This document shows positions 40,979 to 49,565 of a DNA stretch of 64,000 bases, one piece after another (the first letter of the stretch is position 1; every line of letters begins with the position of its first letter). The stretch is from a virus (taxonomy: Duplodnaviria > Caudoviricetes). The translations under genes and the position numbers were made by a program. Where the stretch lies: the IMG/VR virus record IMGVR_UViG_3300042922_001473; one strand, given 5' to 3'. Under the pieces are notes generated by a model that saw nothing but the letters and a program-made list of their open reading frames with translations, had not been told where the DNA came from and made no database searches.

Positions 40979-41677
40979 TTAGCTTATAACATAACCGTAT
41001 TTCTTTAAATAAGTATAAAATTTCTTTTCAGGTTCTAACCCGACTGACATTTTAGCAAGTCCGTCAGCAATTTCATTAAAATCATCACCTGTATGAGCGT
41101 CAACTTTACAAAAATGTACTTTCATATTTTCATTGTTTTTTAAGAATTTTTGCATCCATTGGTAATATTCTTCTGAAAATGCATTATCTCTTTTCCAAAA
41201 TCCAGTACCATGATAACATGTCCCGACATAATCATGAAATAATACTACTTCTTTAAAGCCATTCTTTTTAGCATAAACAAGTGCTTTCATAGCACCCAAA
41301 AGTTCGCCACCAATTTGTTGCATTGATATTGCACCTTCATTATTACCAGAACCTTTATCATGACCTATTATTTTATTGTCTTTGACCAAGAGTAGTCCAA
41401 ATCCATAATTATGAACATTTTCATTAAAACTACCATCAATATAACAATGTAGGCAGTCTTTTGGAAATAAATTTTCTGATTTATACATTAATGGGTCTTT
41501 AGTACCCAGGTAATCCTCAGCTTCAGGTAAAGTAGCAAATCCAGAATATACTGAACCGCTAACACCTTTAACACACTTTTCAGTTTCAGACCATGTTTTC
41601 TTTATAACGTTTTCAATAGGATTTTTTGTTATTGGGTCAATCCCAAACTTAATTGCGTAATAATTTTTTTTAGCCAT
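40979..41677 (-). CDS. rnhA: Ribonuclease HI with N-terminal viroplasmin hybrid-binding domain
   Basis: YYAIK.G...W.E..V.G.SG..Y.GF...EA; YIDGS, GEL, HDY.G, KV.AHTG..FNE.AD.LAK. Confidence 0.92.
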   Translation of the reverse strand: MAKKNYYAIKFGIDPITKNPIENVIKKTWSETEKCVKGVSGSVYSGFATLPEAEDYLGTKDPLMYKSENLFPKDCLHCYIDGSFNENVHNYGFGLLLVKDNKIIGHDKGSGNNEGAISMQQIGGELLGAMKALVYAKKNGFKEVVLFHDYVGTCYHGTGFWKRDNAFSEEYYQWMQKFLKNNENMKVHFCKVDAHTGDDFNEIADGLAKMSVGLEPEKKFYTYLKKYGYVIS

Positions 41678-41826
41678 ATTTTTTATCCTTTCTAATTTTT
41701 TATTTATGTAATATCAAAGGAAAGAGAAATTCTCTTTCCTGAAATATTTAATTTACCCAATTCGCTTTTGATAATTTTCTTCTCTTTTCTTTGCTAATTC
41801 TTTTCTTGCAAATGCCTCAGCTTTGT

Positions 41827-42186
41827 CTATTTCTTTTTTGTTACTATTCCTTTTTGAAAAAGAAGCAACGCTAATCCCTTATTATCCTCGTAAAAAGTTA
41901 ATGACCTCGCAAATTTTTTTAGCTCTAAATCATTAGGTAATGTCAGATTTGCATTTAGATTGGTATTTATATCATTTATTGCTCTACTTAATAAATCTTC
42001 TCCGCAAAAATATCTTAATTCTTCATTTTTAATACCTGTTGTAGCTATTGCCAATTCAAATGCTTCTTTTGTAATATTTACCACAGCATTTATAATTCTT
42101 TCAGAACCACAATCAGTATCACCAAATTTAGGATGTTCAATTTGATATAAATTTTCTGATATTACTTTTGTAAATTTTTCTATCAA
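41827..42186 (-). CDS. Hypothetical protein; C-terminus may extend to 41753 in the -1 frame
   Basis: A AAA AAG heptamer just before the stop; open -1 frame of 26 codons. Confidence 0.55.
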   Translation of the reverse strand: MIEKFTKVISENLYQIEHPKFGDTDCGSERIINAVVNITKEAFELAIATTGIKNEELRYFCGEDLLSRAINDINTNLNANLTLPNDLELKKFARSLTFYEDNKGLALLLFQKGIVTKKK

Positions 42187-42242
42187 ATCCTTATTTACGG
42201 GTATATGGATTTAGATGTGGCATTCCATAACTGAATTTTAGT

Positions 42243-42410
42243 TTAATGTAGTTTCATTAATATTTCTTCTTGCTCTTTTAAATTTTCAATTCTATTTTTT
42301 ATTATTCGTATCTGTTCTTCATCATCATTACCATAAGCTTGTAATAAATCATCTTCAAGACAATCTATTTCTGCTCTAATTTCATATATATCCATCATTT
42401 CTATATCCAT
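42243..42410 (-). CDS. Small acidic coiled-coil protein (not in ORF track)
   Basis: GAGGAG RBS; MDIEMMDIYEIRAEIDCLEDDLLQAYG... Confidence 0.55.
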   Translation of the reverse strand: MDIEMMDIYEIRAEIDCLEDDLLQAYGNDDEEQIRIIKNRIENLKEQEEILMKLH

Positions 42411-42566
42411 CATTTTTCACTCCTCACCTAAATATTAATTAATACCACAATTTATACCTATTTCTTTTTATTTATTGATTTATGCCAATACTACACCTAA
42501 TTCCTCGTACCCTTATTTACTTCTGAATTTCTTTACATTTTCTCCTTCGAGTAATACAGTTATTTT

Positions 42567-43868
42567 CTAAACTCTTTTAAACTCAATAATATATTTGATT
42601 TTTACTTGACTTTCATTGTAAACAATATATTCGTTGTGTACTAACGTTCTACCTTTTTTACCCATTACTGAATTATATCCTCTTGGTGCATGAGTAAGTT
42701 GTGGTTGACCATCTTCATATTCTTTGATTTTGCCAGTTGCAACTTCACAAACAAACATGAAGTTTGTATCAAGTCCAGCATTGCTTGCTGTTCCAAAACC
42801 ATTCGCATAATTTCCTGATTTTGTTGAACAATCCGCAAAATATATGCCTGTCCCAAACAAACTACCTGTATGAACTGCAGAAGCAGGCTTTATTTTTAAT
42901 CCACTTTGCATTATAGAAAGCATGTTTTCATTTCTTGTTCCATGAAAAAGTGTTGAAGTTGTTACATTGTAAGGATTAAATTTATCATAACCAACCATAT
43001 CTTTAAATTCATAGATATCTTTAATATCGAACCCAAAATGGTGATTATGTCCTCTTGTAGTATTAACCCAATTTACTAAATCTTTATATGCTTTTGTTCT
43101 TGAGGAAAGTGCTATAAGTTTGATATTTAAAGAATTGTATTTATCTTGAATTGATTTTTCAAGACTATCATGTGCTTTAACTATAGAACTCATTACACCA
43201 AGTAAGTCTTTATTTCTGTTAAGCTTATTGTAATTATCAATTATGAAACTTTTGTAATCAATATTTCCTGTTCCAAAAACAACTGGAATAACTGAATAAA
43301 AATCATTTGTATAACTTTCTAAAATAGAGCCAGTTCTACCACTATCAAGAAGTGATTCGATTGTGTTAAGTATTTCAATACCTTCAGCAACCTGTGAGGT
43401 AGATAATTTTCCAAGTGGGGTGTCAATACTTTTTACAAGGTAATCTGTAGCAGAACTATATAGCTTTCCAATAAGTCTTAAAACTTTGTCTGTAATTTTA
43501 GACAAATCTTCTGCTTTGTTTTTGGTTGATACTTTTACAGCTTTTGCTGAAAATGAGTAGTTATCTGCTACATCAACTTTTCTGTATCCCTTATTTTCTT
43601 TTTCCTTCATAATTCCTCTATATTCATCTTCTGCTAAATACCTGCTGGTGTAATATCTTCCTTCTTTTCTTGGAGTTCTTCCACCAACCCTGCCATATTC
43701 AGTAAAAATCCTATACGGATATTGTCCTGTACCTGACTGTAGTTCAATAATGTAAAATTTGTTTGAATGTTCTGAAATTGAAGCCATATTTAATATTTCT
43801 TTTTGTAATACGCTAAAATTTTGAAAAAGTGGTTCATCTACAGAACCTATTCTAATTACATTTGCCAT
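42567..43868 (-). CDS. PARP1-like poly(ADP-ribose) polymerase: WGR + regulatory + catalytic domains
   Basis: NKFYIIEL..EYGRVG..K..KGY (WGR); PLGKLS..Q..G..L..FYS.IP (regulatory); LFHGTR, LFG.GIYFAD..KS.NY, CEVA.G, NSVMG, HNEYIVY..Q...KY. Confidence 0.92.
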   Translation of the reverse strand: MANVIRIGSVDEPLFQNFSVLQKEILNMASISEHSNKFYIIELQSGTGQYPYRIFTEYGRVGGRTPRKEGRYYTSRYLAEDEYRGIMKEKENKGYRKVDVADNYSFSAKAVKVSTKNKAEDLSKITDKVLRLIGKLYSSATDYLVKSIDTPLGKLSTSQVAEGIEILNTIESLLDSGRTGSILESYTNDFYSVIPVVFGTGNIDYKSFIIDNYNKLNRNKDLLGVMSSIVKAHDSLEKSIQDKYNSLNIKLIALSSRTKAYKDLVNWVNTTRGHNHHFGFDIKDIYEFKDMVGYDKFNPYNVTTSTLFHGTRNENMLSIMQSGLKIKPASAVHTGSLFGTGIYFADCSTKSGNYANGFGTASNAGLDTNFMFVCEVATGKIKEYEDGQPQLTHAPRGYNSVMGKKGRTLVHNEYIVYNESQVKIKYIIEFKRV

Positions 43869-44040
43869 AATAAATATTCTCCTGTTAAAATAGTTTTTTA
43901 CTTCCTTTTTTAATAAATCTTTTTCATTATATGCACTTATTAAGATAAATAAAAAAGAGAATGGACAAATTGTTGCTATGTAAATTTTCTTTAAAAAAGA
44001 GTTAATGAATTTTCACATTAACCCTTTACAAGAATTTATT

Positions 44041-45825
44041 TTATATAAAAACTTTTTCGTTTTTATAGATTATTTCATCAAGTTCGTCTGCTGTAAGAGA
44101 TTCTTTTTCTATTAATACATTAGCTATTTTTTCAAGAATGTGTTTATTCTTAGTTAATAAATCAACAGTTTCATTATAAAGTTCTAAAGAAAGTTTAGAA
44201 GCTTCATCTAATACAGATTTATTATCAACACTCATTTGGGTAAGATTTAACATCCCGAATTTGTCATTCATTCCATATGTGGATATCATTTGCTTTATAA
44301 TATTTGTTGCTTGCAATATATCATTTGAAGCTCCCGTAGTTATTAAGTCTTCATTTCCAAGTAATAATAACTCACCAACTCTACCTGCGTATCTAACCTT
44401 TACTTCGTTTTCTAATTCTGTCTTAGATAGTAGCCCCAATTTCTTTGGAGTTATAAAGGTAACACCACCAGCACCTGAAGTAGAAGGAATTATAGTTACT
44501 TTTTGTACTTCATTTTCCGTAATAAGTTTAGAACAAAGTGCATGTCCAGCCTCATGCCAAGAAATGAGTTTTATTTCTTCATCTTTTCTACTTCTATTTT
44601 TCTTTTTATCACCTTGCATAACAATTTTGTAATATGCGTCATCAATATCTTCTTGGTCAACTGCTTCTTTATTTTTTGTTACAGCAAGTATAGTCGCTTC
44701 ATTGAGCAATGATTCAAGTCCTGCTCCTGAGAATCCAATAGTAAGCTTTGAAAGTTGTTCAAAATTTATCTCTGGTGAAAGCTTTTTATTTTTTGCATGT
44801 ACTTTTAATATTTCTAATCTATCATTACTGTCTGGTAAATTAATAGCAATACGCTTATCAAATCTTCCTGGTCTTATTAAAGCTTCATCAAGGTTTTCAA
44901 TTCGGTTCGTGGCCGCAATAACTAAGACACCTTTACTTTCATCAAAACCGTCAAGTTCTTTTAACAGGGCATTTATAGTTTGGTCTTTTTCGGAGTTTTG
45001 TCCTTCTCCTCTTTTTGTTCCAACAGCGTCTATTTCGTCAATAAATATAATACATGGAGATTTTTTTCTTGCATTGTCGAATAAGCTTCTAACTCTTTTT
45101 GCACCCATACCTACAAACATTTCAACAAAATCAGAACCGCTTATGCTGAAAAAAGGAACTTTTGCCTCTCCTGCGATAGCTTTTGCTGTTAAAGTTTTAC
45201 CTGTTCCAGGAGGACCATAAAGAATTACGCCTTTTGGCATTTCAGCTCCCATATTAGTAAATTTTGTAGGGTTTTTAAGAAATTCCACAAGCTCAACCAT
45301 TTCAGCTTTTGCTTCATTATTACCTGCAATATTATCAAAAGTTACATTCGGTATCTTTTCTTGAGCTTCTTCCATGTTTTTTTGTGAACCCATGTTTTGA
45401 GAATATCTTTTAAACATATATAACATTAAAGCAACCATAACAACTGTTCTTAATGTATACCATATAAAATCTTCAACTTGATTAGCAGAAGAAGATATTT
45501 CCTCAACCTTTACATTTTTTTCAAGTAAACTTCTTTTAAATCCCTCACTTTTAGGATTGTCAGTAATGTAAATATTTTCATTCTTGTCAAAGAATGTTAT
45601 TTTCGGTGAACCTACATCAATTAAAACTTTTTCTACCGACTGAGAATTAACCATTTGCATAAATTCATTAAATGTTATTTCATTTATAGTATCTGTAGTA
45701 GCTTTTGATAAACTATTTCCTATAATCATAGAAATTAGTAATATTGTAATTATTACTACATACCAACCATTCTTTTTTAGCCATTTTAAAATTTTGTCAT
45801 AATTATCTTTCAATTTTTCCTCCAA
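44041..45825 (-). CDS. ftsH: ATP-dependent zinc metalloprotease FtsH
   Basis: 2 TM, GPPGTGKT, IFIDEID, RPGRFD, HEAGH, TTGASND. Confidence 0.96.
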   Translation of the reverse strand: MEEKLKDNYDKILKWLKKNGWYVVIITILLISMIIGNSLSKATTDTINEITFNEFMQMVNSQSVEKVLIDVGSPKITFFDKNENIYITDNPKSEGFKRSLLEKNVKVEEISSSANQVEDFIWYTLRTVVMVALMLYMFKRYSQNMGSQKNMEEAQEKIPNVTFDNIAGNNEAKAEMVELVEFLKNPTKFTNMGAEMPKGVILYGPPGTGKTLTAKAIAGEAKVPFFSISGSDFVEMFVGMGAKRVRSLFDNARKKSPCIIFIDEIDAVGTKRGEGQNSEKDQTINALLKELDGFDESKGVLVIAATNRIENLDEALIRPGRFDKRIAINLPDSNDRLEILKVHAKNKKLSPEINFEQLSKLTIGFSGAGLESLLNEATILAVTKNKEAVDQEDIDDAYYKIVMQGDKKKNRSRKDEEIKLISWHEAGHALCSKLITENEVQKVTIIPSTSGAGGVTFITPKKLGLLSKTELENEVKVRYAGRVGELLLLGNEDLITTGASNDILQATNIIKQMISTYGMNDKFGMLNLTQMSVDNKSVLDEASKLSLELYNETVDLLTKNKHILEKIANVLIEKESLTADELDEIIYKNEKVFI

Positions 45826-45856
45826 TTCAATTATCTTTAATTTATTTGATAATAGT

Positions 45857-45886
45857 ATTATACACTATATCATTGACAATAGTCAA
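45857..45886 (-). promoter_or_regulatory. ftsH promoter with TTGACAATAGTCAA palindrome
   Basis: Palindrome at 45873-45886; minus-strand TTGACT-18 nt-TATAAT. Confidence 0.65.
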
Positions 45887-45962
45887 CATTAAATTATAAC
45901 AACATATAGTATTTAGAAAAACAAAAAAATAAAAGCACTTACAAGTACTTTTATTTTTAATA

Positions 45963-46541
45963 TTATGCAACTTTTACTCTATATAATCTATCAAATTGTT
46001 CCTTCGTACAGCCATAATCAAATAAATAAAATTTTCCGTCTGAGTAACCCCATGAAGATAATTTTAAAACATCTCCCTCTAATAAATCATAACCATAAAT
46101 TAAAGTGTAAATATCTCCATATAATTCACTATTTTCAACTTCATTAACTAATTTTTCAGGAACAATGTGCTTATATAAATATTTTTCTGTATAATATTTT
46201 TTAATATTATTAAAATGTTTTTTAAACCTTTTAATTTCTTTTTTATCTTCTTCTGAAATATTTTTCAGTTTGGTAAGCGGTGTTACTTTTTTCATTATAA
46301 GTATATTATCATTTTTCGAAATGTCAAAAATAGGACATAATATGTCAACATGGTCGCTTAAATTAGTATATATGTCAAATTCAGTACTGTTTTGCATTTC
46401 GCCTTTACTATTATTTATAGCATATTTAATTACTATTTCTCCTGCATCAAAAACTTTTCTACTTGAACCTTTACCAATAAAAGGGTATAACTTAGAAATT
46501 TTGCTCAATTTTTGACTATATAATCCTTCGTAACTATTCAT
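45963..46541 (-). CDS. Protein-kinase-like fold protein
   Basis: IGKGSSRKVF, VIK, QN..E, LIM, GD...SWG, DYG. Confidence 0.7.
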   Translation of the reverse strand: MNSYEGLYSQKLSKISKLYPFIGKGSSRKVFDAGEIVIKYAINNSKGEMQNSTEFDIYTNLSDHVDILCPIFDISKNDNILIMKKVTPLTKLKNISEEDKKEIKRFKKHFNNIKKYYTEKYLYKHIVPEKLVNEVENSELYGDIYTLIYGYDLLEGDVLKLSSWGYSDGKFYLFDYGCTKEQFDRLYRVKVA

Positions 46542-46778
46542 AATCTTCTCCTATGTAAAATAATTTTAAAATCACCTTTTATATAAATATGTAATATTTT
46601 ACTTTATCAGGGTTGAAATTATTCGAACTGTAAGTGAATATGACGTGATTGCAAGATTATAAGATTACATTAATTTACATATCATAAAACATAACCTTAT
46701 AAATATGTTTGGTGACTTAATTGTTATCTATACAAGGTTAAATACTTTATATAGTAAAGAAATTTTGGAGGAAAGATT

Positions 46779-46994
46779 ATGGGTATCGTATTGAGAGGTA
46801 TTGTAGATTTTGTAAGTCGTGCATTGTCAGGAGATAGAGATGTGTTGTTTGTTATAGAAGGAATTGTGCTCTTATTTGCAATTATCCTCATGGTATTTGT
46901 GTTTAAAACATTGGTTATTGATGGTATTTTAGTTCTGTTTGAAAGTATATCAGAATCAATAACAGAAGCTATGACTATCGAAATAGGATTATAA
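46779..46994 (+). CDS. Small membrane protein
   Basis: GGAGG RBS, hydrophobic segment, terminator after. Confidence 0.65.
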   Translation: MGIVLRGIVDFVSRALSGDRDVLFVIEGIVLLFAIILMVFVFKTLVIDGILVLFESISESITEAMTIEIGL

Positions 46995-47183
46995 GAGAGA
47001 AGTAGGGAAGGTAAAAAAGGGCGTAAGCTCTTTTTTAATACACTTATATTGGTTCTCGATTTTGTCTCATTTAAATAGCATATTGATATAAAAGCTTATT
47101 CTCAAATTGCGTTACAAAATAAGTAAAAAAATAGAGGACAAAATTATCCTCTATGAGCCTTATATGACGAACTAAAGTTTAGT

Positions 47184-47360
47184 TTAATTGCTTATTTGCC
47201 ATGTTAATATATTATTAATAGGTACAAATGTTCCTTTACCTTTTTCATCATAAAGAGTTTCATAATAAAGCTTATCCATACCCTGAGTATGGTCTTGCCA
47301 TACTATTTGTACATGTATATTGTTTACAGTTCTGTCTTTGAACATGATTGTTAGTTTCAT
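47184..47360 (-). CDS. Small hypothetical protein (58 aa; not in ORF track)
   Basis: AAGGGG RBS; MKLTIMFKDRTVNNIHVQIVWQ...; terminator at about 47130-47154. Confidence 0.6.
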   Translation of the reverse strand: MKLTIMFKDRTVNNIHVQIVWQDHTQGMDKLYYETLYDEKGKGTFVPINNILTWQISN

Positions 47361-47700
47361 ATAATTCCCCTTTCTTAACTACCTTAATATTAATTGATTT
47401 GCCTGTTAAAATTGTTCTATGCGAACAACAATATTTTTATTTACACTATATCATATACATTTGTGTTTTTCGTTATAACCGAGACAGTAGCCAGATTTAA
47501 TGCATTTATTATATATAGTTACAACAAGAAAAGCTAAAAATCAGAATATCAATATTTTAATTTCACCCATAAAACATTACCATATTCTTGAATTCAGAAT
47601 ATGGTAATGTTTTAATTAAATGGTTATGGTAGAAATAATTTATGTTTTCTTAATAACTTTAATATAATAATTATATATCAAAATAATGGAGGCGTTTTAA

Positions 47701-48015
47701 ATGGAACAAATGAAAGATATCAATGAATTAGGAAATATTTTAGAAAATAATAAAGTATCAGTAGTATTCTTTTCAGCAGAATGGTGTCATAATTGCAAAG
47801 CTTTAGAACCTACAAAAGAAGAACTTATATCAGAAATGAAAGATAAAGTTGCTTTTGCACAAGTTGGAGCTGATACAACACCAGATATTTGTAAAAAATA
47901 CAGAGTTATGGGACTTCCTACTACTTTAATTTTTAAAGACGGAGAAATGAAAGAGTCAATAGTTGGTATAAAAACAAAGGAATTTTTTACTGATAAAATT
48001 TCTGAACAATTCTAA
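47701..48015 (+). CDS. trxA: Thioredoxin
   Basis: F.AEWCHNCK, V.GLPT..IFKDG. Confidence 0.88.
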   Translation: MEQMKDINELGNILENNKVSVVFFSAEWCHNCKALEPTKEELISEMKDKVAFAQVGADTTPDICKKYRVMGLPTTLIFKDGEMKESIVGIKTKEFFTDKISEQF

Positions 48016-48451
48016 AATTTACTTAAAAGGTAGCTTAAAAAGAGAGAATATGATTAACTTTAACGAGGTAACAAAAAAAGCATGTAATTTTATAAAATTA
48101 CATGCTTTAAATTTATATTACTTTGTATAATATAATTTGAATTAGATAACCAAAAGTAATTTCCTTTTAGTAGAATTTGTGGTATAATGTAGAAAAGTGC
48201 AAACCAATCTAATGTATTATCTGAAATAGTTCTTCTGATAATTGCAGAATATTATTTTTTAAATATTATTTTAATTTTACACTTTTACCATTAAATGAAT
48301 AAAATAATCGCATAGATAAAAAAATAATATACTTATGGCATATTTATATAAATTAGAAAAATATCATGGAGATAAGATATAACAAAAAATTAAAATGTAA
48401 TTGGGTGGCACACTATTACTTTGAATTTTTAAATCTAAAGGAGGTAGTCTA

Positions 48452-49549
48452 ATGAATTATAATACAATAACTATTGTATTATTGGTAACTATTATAATAT
48501 TTTTAGTATTGAAATTAAAGAATATTAGTAAAGGACAAACACCAGGGCTATTTTTTATAGCTTTGGGTGGAGGATTAATTTCTTCTTCATTTCCAAGTTT
48601 AAGTGATAGAATAATAAATTTGGGAGAAAAAATTTTAGTTAGCAATAGTATACCAAATTTAAATGATACAAATTATACATCACTTATTAGTGGTTTTATA
48701 TTAATTGTTATAGGAATTTATTATAATCAAAATGTAAAGGACAGATTTTTTTTACTTAATATACTAAGCAAAGATAGAAGATTAATAAATGATAAGAATA
48801 CGATAAAAGAACTAAACGTATCCGATTTTAAATTAAAAGAATGTCAAATTGACGTAGTGACGATGTTTAATGATGCAAATAATATGACACAAAGTTCATG
48901 TAAATATATAGCTGAAGAAATAGAAGAAAAAACTAAGGACTTTATTAGTCAAAGCAATGATTTTAAAAAAGCTTTTACAGGCATGTTTTCAATCCCTTTT
49001 ACTATCTTGGCAGGTACTTATTTATCTGCAACTGGAATAGATGAATACTTTGAATATAATCGCAACAAGAATAAGTATTATTCTCTAAAAGTAAAAAAAT
49101 GGAGTATAAAAAAAGGAGGGTATCCATGTTTAAATATAACTACACAAAATACTAATGTTCAATCATCAGAAGTAATAGTTGCTATATCCATAACTAAGAA
49201 TGTAACTGATGGAGATTTGATACAGTTTGGAAATAAAGATTCCATAAAAATAGAGCTTCAATCCACAGGTGATAATGTAATAGAATATAGAGAGCAATTA
49301 GATGGTTATACAAAGCTAATAGTTGATACTATTGAGAATTTAAAGGCAACCTATTCCAATTTAGAAACAGTTCATTTGGTAGGGGCAATTCCAAGTTGTT
49401 TATCTATTGAATTGGGCAGAAGGATAAGTCTAAATAGGAATAGGTTGCCACAAATAATAAGTTATCATTTTAAGTATGGGAATACACCAAAATACAGTTT
49501 TGGATTAGTAGTTACTGAGAAAGATAAAGGAAAACTAATTGAAGTATAG
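48452..49549 (+). CDS. CBASS effector: transmembrane segments + SAVED domain
   Basis: N-terminal TM helices; SIPF...G, VAISIT..V, VHL..AIPS.L..ELGR, LP.I..Y.F, Y.FGL. Confidence 0.85.
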   Translation: MNYNTITIVLLVTIIIFLVLKLKNISKGQTPGLFFIALGGGLISSSFPSLSDRIINLGEKILVSNSIPNLNDTNYTSLISGFILIVIGIYYNQNVKDRFFLLNILSKDRRLINDKNTIKELNVSDFKLKECQIDVVTMFNDANNMTQSSCKYIAEEIEEKTKDFISQSNDFKKAFTGMFSIPFTILAGTYLSATGIDEYFEYNRNKNKYYSLKVKKWSIKKGGYPCLNITTQNTNVQSSEVIVAISITKNVTDGDLIQFGNKDSIKIELQSTGDNVIEYREQLDGYTKLIVDTIENLKATYSNLETVHLVGAIPSCLSIELGRRISLNRNRLPQIISYHFKYGNTPKYSFGLVVTEKDKGKLIEV

Positions 49550-49565
49550 GGGGACTTGAGAATTC

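Noticed and set aside
48077-48108. Perfect 32-bp palindrome as a telomere-resolution site
   Set aside because: Lies just after trxA and resembles other loopless palindromic terminators here (40847); no protelomerase in the window
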